IMG/VR virus record: IMGVR_UViG_3300008107_000530
Strand: one strand, 5' to 3'
Source of the DNA: an uncultured virus (IMG/VR IMGVR_UViG_3300008107_000530)
Taxonomy: Duplodnaviria; Heunggongvirae; Uroviricota; Caudoviricetes
Length of the DNA stretch: 64,000 nucleotides
The notes beneath the pieces were generated by a model. It was not told the DNA's origin and made no database searches. It saw nothing but the letters and a program-made list of their open reading frames with translations. The translations under genes and the position numbers were made by a program. Numbering within the stretch: the stretch's first letter is position 1; each line of letters begins with the position of its first letter. This document shows, piece by piece, positions 10,080-18,893 of the stretch.

Positions 10080-10129
10080 CGGGGGGTGTTTCTATATAGA
10101 CGGGGGGTGTTTCTATATAGACGGGGGTG
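10080..10129. repeat. 21-bp tandem direct repeat (2 copies plus partial) containing palindrome TCTATATAGA
   Basis: CGGGGGGTGTTTCTATATAGA twice, then CGGGGGTG. Confidence 0.9.
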
Positions 10130-10278
10130 GGTACCTACAAAGCCAAACGTAAAAATTGGGCATCGCGGGCGCGGAATAGTAGCACCTAGAGGCGCGATGG
10201 AACCAAACGTCATTTTGGGGGGTGCCACCCCGGTGGGTCAATTGCCCGTAGCCTGTTACGATCAATCCCTGCCATCCC

Positions 10279-10306
10279 TTGCCTAAACGTATCAACCCGT
10301 TACAGT
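10279..10306 (+). promoter_or_regulatory. possible sigma70 promoter for first early gene
   Basis: TTGCCT, 16-nt spacer, TACAGT. Confidence 0.35.
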
Positions 10307-10401
10307 TCAACCCATGGCATCGCTGACCACGACGCCAAGTGCAGCATCATTCGGGTGAATGGTGCGCATCACATGGTCGATTTGATTGAAAGGATCAAAT
10401 C

Positions 10402-11133
10402 ATGGCTTCACGTATCAACGCACCTAAGGGTGCCATCGCCAGCGCCGCTGAGGTTCTGGTAAACGCTCAATCCGTCGCCCCGACGGAGGACGACGCGAAC
10501 TGGATCCCAGCGACGGAGGGTTTCATCGGCGGCAAGTTCAACCTTGCCAAAGATCCTGAGGTTCTTCAGGTTCTGCCGATGGCGATGAAAGCCACGGATG
10601 CTGCCGCCACGACGTGGGCAATTCTGGCTGACATTCTCCACGGCAAGGGTATCCGCGCTGCGATGCTGACCGGCAAGGATATGGCCGAAGAAACCCGGCA
10701 AGAGGTTCAGGACGTCGTGACTGTTACGCGTTTTGGCAACACCATCGCTGCGGTCTACATGCGCGACGGGCAAGAGCACAGAATCTCCGCAGTCGAAGAC
10801 CTCCGCGCCTCTGAGGATCGCAAGTCGATCCACTGGAAGATGATGAGCGAAGAGCGCAAGGACTTTGTGAAGATCCGCGCCGGGCGAATCCGCGCCTACA
10901 TGGCGGACCTGATCGAGCAGCTTCGTCGGCTGGAGACCGCACCGGCCAAGGGTAAACAACCTAAGTCAACCCTTGAAGAGCGTTACCTTACGCTGCTTGG
11001 CCCCGTGCTGCTCTTCTTGCAAGGGATCGACCTGACCAAGGAAGACCCCAAGTTTGAATGGCGCGATGAGTTCGACGCAATCAGCGCTGCAGTTGACCGC
11101 GCCAAGACCGCCAAGAAATTGGCAGTCGGCTGA
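10402..11133 (+). CDS. hypothetical early protein
   Basis: 243 aa ORF, GAAAGGA RBS, own terminator. Confidence 0.75.
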   Translation: MASRINAPKGAIASAAEVLVNAQSVAPTEDDANWIPATEGFIGGKFNLAKDPEVLQVLPMAMKATDAAATTWAILADILHGKGIRAAMLTGKDMAEETRQEVQDVVTVTRFGNTIAAVYMRDGQEHRISAVEDLRASEDRKSIHWKMMSEERKDFVKIRAGRIRAYMADLIEQLRRLETAPAKGKQPKSTLEERYLTLLGPVLLFLQGIDLTKEDPKFEWRDEFDAISAAVDRAKTAKKLAVG

Positions 11134-11148
11134 TACCCTGACCCCTTC

Positions 11149-11175
11149 AAGCCCCGCTTCGGCGGGGCTTTTTTT
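11149..11175 (+). terminator. Rho-independent terminator
   Basis: AAGCCCCGC-TTCG-GCGGGGCTT followed by a T run. Confidence 0.9.
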
Positions 11176-11247
11176 CGCCCCTACACACCCAAAACACCCC
11201 GCATCCCACACGTCACACCACATCACCCCAGCATCATTGTTGGGGAG

Positions 11248-11379
11248 CGAAACCAGTTCTCCGAGCAGCGGGGAGGGGCACAACCAGCCCCGCGCAGCGG
11301 TGCGGACCACATTGCCCGTAACAACGCTACACCCATTTCAGCACCCCCAACACCCCGAAACCAGTTCTCCGAGCAGCGG
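11248..11379 (+). repeat. 24-bp exact direct repeat pair
   Basis: CGAAACCAGTTCTCCGAGCAGCGG at 11248-11271 and 11356-11379. Confidence 0.9.
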
Positions 11380-11416
11380 CGAGCGGCGAGCGGCCCAATC
11401 GGCCCCTAAAACGTAT

Positions 11417-11852
11417 TGTTCGTAACGTAGCTACGACCATTGTGGGTAGTGTTCGTTTGTACTGTGTTCGGGTTGTTCTAATGTAGTTGGATGGACTGTT
11501 CGTAATGTTCGGGCTTGTAATGTTCGAATGTTCGGGTTGTTCTAACGTTCTGTGTTCTACGATTTGGGTTGTTCGAACGTAGTTGGATGGACTGTTCGAA
11601 TTGTTCTAATGTAGTAGTTTGTAATGTTCGGGTTGTTCTAATGTAGTAGTTTGGAATGTTCGGATTGTTCTGTAGCCAATCTGGCGACCATCACCTGTTT
11701 TCGGTGCCTAATGTTCTTGCAATGTTCGGAATGTTCATAATGTTCGAATGTTCGGTAGGTCAGGGGGTACTAAGGGGGAAAAATGGCCTGCCCGATTCCG
11801 AACATTAGGGGTGCAGTGTTCGGATTGTGTTCGGAGGCCATTTCCGAACATT
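11417..11852 (+). repeat. dense TGTTC short-repeat tract (candidate origin or protein-binding array)
   Basis: About 24 TGTTC copies by eye on + strand plus two inverted copies; non-coding; G/T-skewed. Confidence 0.8.
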
Positions 11853-12003
11853 AACTACCCGACCCGGTTCAGACAGTTGAAAAGTGAGGCTTTTCAAGGA
11901 CTTGCAGTTCTACACTTCACAACACTCCAGTACATATCACGTTCCTCCACTTCTTTCCACCCTTCTCATCCACATCACACACCTCACCACACACCGCTAA
12001 AAT

Positions 12004-12032
12004 TTGACACTCCCCGCTTGTTGTGATACAAT
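12004..12032 (+). promoter_or_regulatory. strong sigma70 early promoter
   Basis: TTGACA, 17-nt spacer, TG-a-TACAAT. Confidence 0.9.
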
Positions 12033-12092
12033 GTTATTTAGACGGTGAGAGATTGGCTCTCCCCGCTGCAACCGAGAGAAAGGCTACACCCG

Positions 12093-12392
12093 GTGAACAC
12101 CAACCGCACACCGCCCAACCCGACCCGCTTCGCGGGTAAATACAGGAGTGCCGGATTCCGCCCCGTCAACTCCCCGAGCCCCCTGCTCAACCCCAAACCC
12201 CACGTGCGGCACGCCCCCGTGCCCGCATCCCTCAACCCATCCCAGACCGGTGCCCCGCTGGCCCTCAAGCCCACGCCAAACAAGTACACAGGTGCCGCCT
12301 GCCTGGGCATAGCCACGCTCCACAAATCCAACGCGGTCCCCGTCTTCAACCAACAAGCAGCCATCGACGCTGCACAGATGCGGAGAAACTGA
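12093..12392 (+). CDS. conserved phage hypothetical protein
   Basis: GTG start behind GAGAAAGG; C-terminal YTG..LGIATLHKSNAVPVF..MRR motif familiar from aquatic phages. Confidence 0.65.
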   Translation: MNTNRTPPNPTRFAGKYRSAGFRPVNSPSPLLNPKPHVRHAPVPASLNPSQTGAPLALKPTPNKYTGAACLGIATLHKSNAVPVFNQQAAIDAAQMRRN

Positions 12393-12393
12393 T

Positions 12394-12777
12394 ATGGACG
12401 AGAAGATGCACCCCAGTAACTGGATGTTCCAGTCCCTCATCGGTAAAACCGTCGAGGCGGTGGAGTACGTGGATGACTTCGACGAAGGCATCACCCTGCG
12501 GTTCACGGACGGCTCGTTCCTGTGCGTCTGTGAGGAGATGCAGGCCGGTCGCATCCAAGTGGCAGCAAGCATTGTCGAAGCCGAATTCACCGGGGAGCAA
12601 GACCCTGAGCCTGAACAGATGCCCCTGCACGAGGCACTGCGCGTTGCCCTGTCCGAGATCTATGCCACGTTGAGCGAGGTCGAACAGCACCCTGGGGAAG
12701 AAGATTGGTGGCTCAACCCGCCCGATGCCCTGCGCGAGGCCGCACGGATCATTGACCAGCACATGAGGAGTGCCTAA
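12394..12777 (+). CDS. hypothetical protein
   Basis: 127 aa acidic ORF, GGAGAAA RBS. Confidence 0.65.
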   Translation: MDEKMHPSNWMFQSLIGKTVEAVEYVDDFDEGITLRFTDGSFLCVCEEMQAGRIQVAASIVEAEFTGEQDPEPEQMPLHEALRVALSEIYATLSEVEQHPGEEDWWLNPPDALREAARIIDQHMRSA

Positions 12778-12780
12778 ACC

Positions 12781-13110
12781 ATGCGACTGTCGGACATCAA
12801 GAAGGAGGCGTGGGGCGCACGCGCCTGTTCCATACCTACCAAGATGGTGCCGGACTTCGACGCGCTGTTCGACACACTCAACAAGCAAGGGTGGTTGGTG
12901 CTGGAGCCCCCGGCCATCGACCACAGAGAAACATCCAACGGTGCGTTGGAGTCCAAGATCGTCAAGGACTTCAAGAACTGGATGATCCACAACCCACGGT
13001 TGATGCTGAATCACCGTCGAATCGGTGAGTACCGTTGGTACATCACTATCGGAGCCCCGTGCATGAGCACGAAACAACGCCGCAAGGCAAACCAAGGAGA
13101 AAGCAAGTGA
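12781..13110 (+). CDS. hypothetical protein
   Basis: 109 aa ORF, GAGGAG RBS, tight packing. Confidence 0.6.
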   Translation: MRLSDIKKEAWGARACSIPTKMVPDFDALFDTLNKQGWLVLEPPAIDHRETSNGALESKIVKDFKNWMIHNPRLMLNHRRIGEYRWYITIGAPCMSTKQRRKANQGESK

Positions 13111-13571
13111 CTTCAAAAGCCAAGACCAACCCGTTCACCTTCCGCGTGACGTGGAAACCGTTCACCCAACAAGACATCACGTGGGTCCAGCGCTTCATCT
13201 CTCTGCTGCCCAACAACCCGGAGCTGAGGTTTTTCAAACGTGCCGCATCCAGGGTGCATATCACCAACTCGGGCGAAGCCCGGTACGTGGACTCGCTCAA
13301 CGAGTTCATCTACGAGGAGGATGACGTGCTGGTGCTCGGGGACTACACCATTACCAAGTCCATCACAACGACGATCACCGAGACCGCAACCAAGACCACA
13401 CGCAGGGAGAAGTTCCTGTACATGGTGCATGAACCCGACGCGGACGAGATGGCTGCGCATGAACTGGGCGAGGCCGATTCGCTTGCAGGTGCGGTGAAGA
13501 TGATCTTCCTGCACGAGTACGAGGCGCTGTTCGACATGATGGTGGAGGAGATGCAGGAGGAGTGCGTATGA
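13107..13571 (+). CDS. hypothetical protein
   Basis: GTG start behind AAGGAGAAAG; GTGA overlap with upstream stop. Confidence 0.65.
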   Translation: MTSKAKTNPFTFRVTWKPFTQQDITWVQRFISLLPNNPELRFFKRAASRVHITNSGEARYVDSLNEFIYEEDDVLVLGDYTITKSITTTITETATKTTRREKFLYMVHEPDADEMAAHELGEADSLAGAVKMIFLHEYEALFDMMVEEMQEECV

Positions 13572-13768
13572 AGCATGCACATGCGAGAGCGCAAGAAGCC
13601 GCACGACCTAAGCTGCGTCCGTGGTGTGACCTGTGCAAGAACATCTTCTCCCCATCCGCCCGTAAGGCCGGGTTCACCGTGTGTATCAACTGCAGAAAGA
13701 ACAGCTCATGGACATTGAACCTCAAGACTTCGCGCTCGGCGTCGTCGCAATCGTTGCCATCGCTTTGA
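13568..13768 (+). CDS. small Zn-finger protein
   Basis: CDLC..CINC; ATGA overlap; GGAGGAG RBS. Confidence 0.55.
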   Translation: MKHAHARAQEAARPKLRPWCDLCKNIFSPSARKAGFTVCINCRKNSSWTLNLKTSRSASSQSLPSL

Positions 13769-13798
13769 TGGTGTTTGGTGTTATCTAGTATCAAATAC

Positions 13799-13827
13799 TT
13801 GACACTTGTGTCATGTAGTGTTACAAT
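13799..13827 (+). promoter_or_regulatory. strong sigma70 early promoter
   Basis: TTGACA, 17-nt spacer, TG-t-TACAAT. Confidence 0.9.
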
Positions 13828-13885
13828 GTCATTTGACGGTGGGAGATCGGCTCCCACCGCATCAACCCCGAAAGCGAGAAAGATC

Positions 13886-14791
13886 ATGAACTTCGAATCC
13901 ATCCACGCCCCGACCCCGGCACCTGTCAACGTGCCTAAACTCACCACGGCAATCCGTCTGGTGGAGCTGTCCATCTCCGTGTGGTCCGGACGCAAGCAAG
14001 ACAAGAACGCCACGCGTGACGCAGCCATCGCGTCCAACGCAGACAAGACGCTGCTCAATACCACCAAGAAGCTGCTTGGTGACTGCGAAGAGCTGGAGGC
14101 TGTGCGTAAGTTCGCAGCCAACGCACGTAACTTCGTTTACTCATCTACCTCACCGTGGGGTGACCTGGGTCAGCGTAGCTTTCCCATGTCCAAGTTCCCT
14201 GACTTCCACCGCGAGATCACGGGGATGCAGACCGAGTTCGACCGTCTCGTGACTAACTTCCTTGCGGTATACGACTATGCACGTACCAACGTGCAGGCCA
14301 AGCTGGGTGCCCTGTACAACCCCGACGAGTACCCCACCCCTGCATCTCTGCAGGACAAGTTCCGTTTCTTCTTCACCTACCCACCTGTGCCTGAAGCCAA
14401 CATGTATTCACAAGTTCAGGACGAGGCCGAGGCGTACCTCCGAGATGAGTATGCGCGTGTGTACACAGACCGTATCAACGGCATGATGAAGGACGTATGG
14501 GAGCGCGTGTACGACGCACTCAAGCACATGTCCGAGCGCCTGGACTACCCCGAGAACGCAGACAAGGGGACGAGAAAGATTTTCCGCGACACGTTGGTTG
14601 ACAACGTGCGTGAGAGTTTGGGTATGTTGAAGGACTTCAACATCACTGGAGATTCCCGACTGACTCAGTTGCACATGCAACTGGATAGCGCCCTGATGGG
14701 CGTGACGGCTGACGGACTGCGTGAAGACGACAGCTTCCGGCAGGAGACCAAGCGTACCGTGGACAGCATCCTGTCCAACATGTCTTGGTGA
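13886..14791 (+). CDS. DUF3150-like protein
   Basis: LVELSISVWSGRKQD..TKKLL..PWGD.G.R..LGALYNPDEYP motifs; precedes AAA and vWA genes; ATG 13886 behind GAGAAAG. Confidence 0.6.
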   Translation: MNFESIHAPTPAPVNVPKLTTAIRLVELSISVWSGRKQDKNATRDAAIASNADKTLLNTTKKLLGDCEELEAVRKFAANARNFVYSSTSPWGDLGQRSFPMSKFPDFHREITGMQTEFDRLVTNFLAVYDYARTNVQAKLGALYNPDEYPTPASLQDKFRFFFTYPPVPEANMYSQVQDEAEAYLRDEYARVYTDRINGMMKDVWERVYDALKHMSERLDYPENADKGTRKIFRDTLVDNVRESLGMLKDFNITGDSRLTQLHMQLDSALMGVTADGLREDDSFRQETKRTVDSILSNMSW

Positions 14792-14841
14792 GTGTGTTTG
14801 TGTGTTTGTTTATCAACCTGTAACAACCTGAGAGAAAGACC

Positions 14842-15972
14842 ATGAGTAATTCCAACTTCAACGCCACCGCTGCCCTGTATGACGTGTCGATTGCGCAAGC
14901 GACGAACATGATCCGCCTGTGCGGCTCCAAGAACACCGTGCTGCTACAGGGTCACATGGGTACGGGCAAGTCGTCCGTGCTGAAGACTCTGGCAAAGATG
15001 CTGCCTACGCACCGCCCCGTGTACTTCGACTGCACCACTAAAGATCTCGGTGACATCATGCTGCCCCGGATCAAGGAGGCCACCGATGGTGAAGCCATGT
15101 GCGCTCAGTTTGTGCCGCACGAGGAGTTGGGTCTGCACATCCCCGGGCCTGTGATCCTGATGGTCGACGAGTTCGGCAAGGCCAACCCCGCTGTGAAAAA
15201 CGCCATGCTCAAGATCATCCTTGAGCGTACGGGCCTGCATAAAGATTCCATCGTGTTCCTGACGACCAACCTCGGGGCCGAGGGGGTCGGTGATCTGCTG
15301 CCTGCACATGCACGCAACCGTATTACTGTGATCCGCACGCGCAAGCCCACTAACGTCGAGTGGGTGGAGGACTTCGCTATCGACGCAGGTATCGACCCGA
15401 TCATGATTGCTTGGGTCATGGAGAACCCGCAGTTGTTCCAGAGTTTCGAGCAGGTGAGCAAGCCCGACGAGAACGAGCACATCTTCCACCCTGCAGCGCC
15501 GGGACGGGTAAGTTTCTTCACGCCACGCACAGCAGAACTGGCTTCACATTGGCTCAAGCAGCGGGAGTTCCTGTCCGATCACGAGTTGACCGCAGCACTC
15601 ATGGGCACTATCGGTGTGGCGTCGGCACGTAGCTTGGCTACGTACGTGAAGATCGGTGATCAGATGCCCAAGCTGCAGGAGATCAAGGACACGCCCGACA
15701 CAGCCAAGGTGCCTACAAACGAGACCGCTATCTGTATGGTGGTGCACCGCACGCTGCAGACCATCGAGCGTAACTGGACCGAGTCGTGGGTGAAGTACAT
15801 GGAGCGTCTGCCTAAAGAAGCTCAGGGTTTGTTCGCCAACGCCGTGCGTAACGCAGTGGCTAAGTCCAAGAACGGGCAGGCTAACAAGCGACTCATCGAG
15901 GTCACGACGAGCAAGGCATACATGGACTGGTGCCTGAAGAACAACTACATGTTTGCCGCGGATAAAATGTAA
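14842..15972 (+). CDS. AAA+ ATPase (MoxR/dynein-related type)
   Basis: Walker A GHMGTGKS, Walker B ILMVDEF, TTN sensor, NR finger, TPR motif. Confidence 0.85.
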   Translation: MSNSNFNATAALYDVSIAQATNMIRLCGSKNTVLLQGHMGTGKSSVLKTLAKMLPTHRPVYFDCTTKDLGDIMLPRIKEATDGEAMCAQFVPHEELGLHIPGPVILMVDEFGKANPAVKNAMLKIILERTGLHKDSIVFLTTNLGAEGVGDLLPAHARNRITVIRTRKPTNVEWVEDFAIDAGIDPIMIAWVMENPQLFQSFEQVSKPDENEHIFHPAAPGRVSFFTPRTAELASHWLKQREFLSDHELTAALMGTIGVASARSLATYVKIGDQMPKLQEIKDTPDTAKVPTNETAICMVVHRTLQTIERNWTESWVKYMERLPKEAQGLFANAVRNAVAKSKNGQANKRLIEVTTSKAYMDWCLKNNYMFAADKM

Positions 15973-16017
15973 ACGAGGGTATACGTATCAACAAGTAATG
16001 AATCGGAGAAACACAAA

Positions 16018-17373
16018 ATGCTGATGATCGGTAAAAAACTCACCGCGCATCAGCGCCTGAGCAAGGCGCTGGTGGATATCCTCGCAGTGGAACGCTTCAC
16101 TGCACTGTCTGGTGTGCTGCTGTTGGTGGGGCACCGCATACAGAACGCGGACGACCCAAAAGCCAAGACCGGGACTGCGTGTACTAACGGTATCGAGTGC
16201 GTGTACGCGGAGAAGTTCGTGGAGTCACTCAACGATGCGGAGCTTCGCTTCCTCATCCTGCACGAAACGTATCACTGCATGTTCAAGCACCTGACTACGT
16301 GGGAGCACCTGTATGAGGAGGACCCGTCGCTGGCCAACCAAGCCTGCGACCACGTGATCAACTTGTTCCTGCTGGACGCAGCCGAAGAAATATCGAACCT
16401 TAACGCGACATTGCGTAATTTCATGGCCATGCCGTCATGCGGGGGCTGTGCAGACAAGCGGTTCGCCGGGATGGACGCAGCCAAGATCTTCCGTATCCTC
16501 AAGCAGGAGCAGGACCAACAACAGCAACCGCAACAACCGCAAGATCAGGGCCAAGGCGAGGGGCAGGGGGATGGTGACGGTTGTGACGGTTGTGACGGTA
16601 AGTCTGACAAAAATGATGTGTCCGAAAATTCTTCGGGTGGTACACCACCCAAGAACAAAGCACCACAAGGCTTTGACGACCACGACTGGGAGGGCGCTGC
16701 CGAGCTGAGCGACGAGCAGAAGGCCGAGATCGGACGCAAGATGGACGAGGCTGTGCGTCAGGGTGCGCTGCTTGCCGGGAAGGTGGGTAGCGGGGGTATG
16801 CGCGAGATGGAGGACTTGCTCAAGTCCAAGGTGCGGTGGCAAGACGCGCTGCGGGAGTACCTGCACTCGGTGTGTACGGGTAACGACTTCAGCACGTGGC
16901 GCAGGCCCAACCGCAGGTATCTGGCCGCAGGTATCTACATGCCGTCCGGTGTATCCGAAGTTATTGGCGAAATCGTAATCGGCGTGGACACGTCAGGCTC
17001 CATCGGTGGGCAGGAGATCGCGCAGTTCCTGGGCGAGATCGCGGGTATCTGTGAGACGGTTCGGCCCGAGGCAGTGCGTCTGCTGTACTGGGACACGCAG
17101 GTGTGTAAGGACGAGCGGTACACGCAAGACCAACTGGACACGCTCACCAAAACAACCAAGCCAGAAGGCGGCGGTGGCACCAGCCCCGACTGCGTGCCGA
17201 TGTATCTGAACGCAAACAACATGAAGCCGCAGGTGTGCGTCATGCTCACTGACGGTTACGTAGGCAACAACTGGGGCGACAACTGGCCGTGCCCTGTGTT
17301 GTGGTGTGTGGTCGGCAACGCCAGCGCCGAGGCGACCACGGGAAAGACCATTCACGTCGAGTGGGATCGGTGA
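16018..17373 (+). CDS. DUF2201-type metallopeptidase-vWA protein
   Basis: TACTNG, HETYH (HEXXH), NQACDHVIN; DTSGS MIDAS motif, GGGGT, LTDG. Confidence 0.85.
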   Translation: MLMIGKKLTAHQRLSKALVDILAVERFTALSGVLLLVGHRIQNADDPKAKTGTACTNGIECVYAEKFVESLNDAELRFLILHETYHCMFKHLTTWEHLYEEDPSLANQACDHVINLFLLDAAEEISNLNATLRNFMAMPSCGGCADKRFAGMDAAKIFRILKQEQDQQQQPQQPQDQGQGEGQGDGDGCDGCDGKSDKNDVSENSSGGTPPKNKAPQGFDDHDWEGAAELSDEQKAEIGRKMDEAVRQGALLAGKVGSGGMREMEDLLKSKVRWQDALREYLHSVCTGNDFSTWRRPNRRYLAAGIYMPSGVSEVIGEIVIGVDTSGSIGGQEIAQFLGEIAGICETVRPEAVRLLYWDTQVCKDERYTQDQLDTLTKTTKPEGGGGTSPDCVPMYLNANNMKPQVCVMLTDGYVGNNWGDNWPCPVLWCVVGNASAEATTGKTIHVEWDR

Positions 17374-17412
17374 ACGAGAGTTATCAACTGTCAACAACTT
17401 AGGAGAAAGATC

Positions 17413-18330
17413 ATGGGTTACACAAATACTCCAGTGTCCGCTATCAGGGAGTTCACGGTGTGCGATGCCAAGGGTTGGGATTGCATGGGGCCGCACGCCA
17501 ACGACGTGCATCCGAACTTGGCGGAGTTCGTGAACGAACTGCGTAGAGCAGCGCCGTGGCTACGGTTTGCCGTGGATCGGGTCATACCCTATATCCGCGA
17601 GGTGTACGTGTACATGGACAACCACGAGTACGCGCTGGGTCGGGTCGGCTACGGTGACTACGCCATACGTGACACCAACACGGTGTACATGGTGAGCAGC
17701 CGCAACATCAAGAACGGCAAGGTGGCGGACTGGCGCAGTCAGCACCACATGGTGCAGACGGAGGACCTGAAGCGTGCAGTGAAGAGCGCACTGAAATACC
17801 TCACGCCGATGTCATGCGTGGAGATCGCAAGTGAGTCCTACGATACGTTCCACTCCGGCATCCGGGAGACTAAGAATAACAAGATCACACAGAGCGGTGA
17901 CCTGTTGTCCGCCTGCCGTAGCGCGAGTGTATTTTCTGTAGAGTTCCAGAACCTGCTGACCCAGAACGTGACTTTTGTCACACCGGAGTTCCAGAAAGCT
18001 GCACGAGAATACAAGGAAGCCGAGCTTACTTCCAAGACCGCGATGGTGCGCAAGGTCGGTGCGCTGTTTGTGCGGGTGCGCACTATGGGGCAGGGCGACG
18101 ACAACCTCATGGCCGAGATCATCAACTTCAAGACCGACCTGATCGGGAAGTACTACGTCAAGAACGTGCATCCGGACAACCGCCCGCAGTCGCTGGTAAA
18201 GATGTCTGACCTGTCAGAAGATCTGCAGTCCAAGCTCGCTACGTTGTCAATGATGCCGGAGAACACCTACACAACAGATCTCGGTATGAAGGTATCAGAC
18301 ACGTTGTACTGGGTCGAGCAGGATGTTTGA
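17413..18330 (+). CDS. hypothetical protein
   Basis: 305 aa ORF, AGGAGAAAG RBS. Confidence 0.75.
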   Translation: MGYTNTPVSAIREFTVCDAKGWDCMGPHANDVHPNLAEFVNELRRAAPWLRFAVDRVIPYIREVYVYMDNHEYALGRVGYGDYAIRDTNTVYMVSSRNIKNGKVADWRSQHHMVQTEDLKRAVKSALKYLTPMSCVEIASESYDTFHSGIRETKNNKITQSGDLLSACRSASVFSVEFQNLLTQNVTFVTPEFQKAAREYKEAELTSKTAMVRKVGALFVRVRTMGQGDDNLMAEIINFKTDLIGKYYVKNVHPDNRPQSLVKMSDLSEDLQSKLATLSMMPENTYTTDLGMKVSDTLYWVEQDV

Positions 18331-18643
18331 GCCTATCGCATCTTGTGTAAACCTAGACGACATCTGCCGAGTGGATCTCACACCACCTCACATCGTGGTC
18401 ACGTATTCTCCGCTTGCGCAGGTGTCAGTAGTTAACTATGATGGTGCCGAGTGTCTTCCAGAGTGGATGCAGCGTAAGCTGGCTGTTCTGATGACGCTTG
18501 ACCCAGATAAGGTAAACGCAGAGTTACCAGGGATCGGTAGACGTATTTCAATGTACGTTTATTGGATTCGGTGTTCCCAAGGAGAAACGATTGGCACTCA
18601 CACCCGAGAGGAAAGTAAAGCTCCTCGTTCGGAAAGTCCTTGA
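18323..18643 (+). CDS. hypothetical protein
   Basis: 106 aa; LPEWMQRKLAVL..IGRRIS..VYWI resembles the C-terminus of the upstream protein (LSEDLQSKLATL..LGMKVS..LYWV). Confidence 0.6.
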   Translation: MFEPIASCVNLDDICRVDLTPPHIVVTYSPLAQVSVVNYDGAECLPEWMQRKLAVLMTLDPDKVNAELPGIGRRISMYVYWIRCSQGETIGTHTREESKAPRSESP

Positions 18644-18884
18644 TGAGTTAGGTGCGTACTACGTCATGCCCGTCACAGGCGGATATGGCAACTCAGGCGC
18701 ACCCGACTTCCTTGCCTGCCTACGTGGTCGGTTCATCGGAATCGAATGCAAGGCAGGTAAGGGCAGGACAACCGCACTGCAGGAAAAGAATCTTAGCCAG
18801 ATAACCACTTCTGGCGGGATAGCCCTTGTCATTAACGAGGATGGCGTGGGCACACTGAAGCAAGACCTCGTATCTCTTTTATAG
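18591..18884 (+). CDS. VRR-NUC domain nuclease
   Basis: TPE.KVK, GAPDFLAC..GRFIGIECKAG..TALQ; TTG start behind AAGGAGAAA. Confidence 0.85.
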   Translation: MALTPERKVKLLVRKVLDELGAYYVMPVTGGYGNSGAPDFLACLRGRFIGIECKAGKGRTTALQEKNLSQITTSGGIALVINEDGVGTLKQDLVSLL

Positions 18885-18893
18885 GAGTAGTTC

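Noticed and set aside
11248..11852. CRISPR array interpretation of the repeats
   Set aside because: The 24-mer has only two copies 84 nt apart, the TGTTC tract has no regular repeat-spacer period, and there are no cas genes
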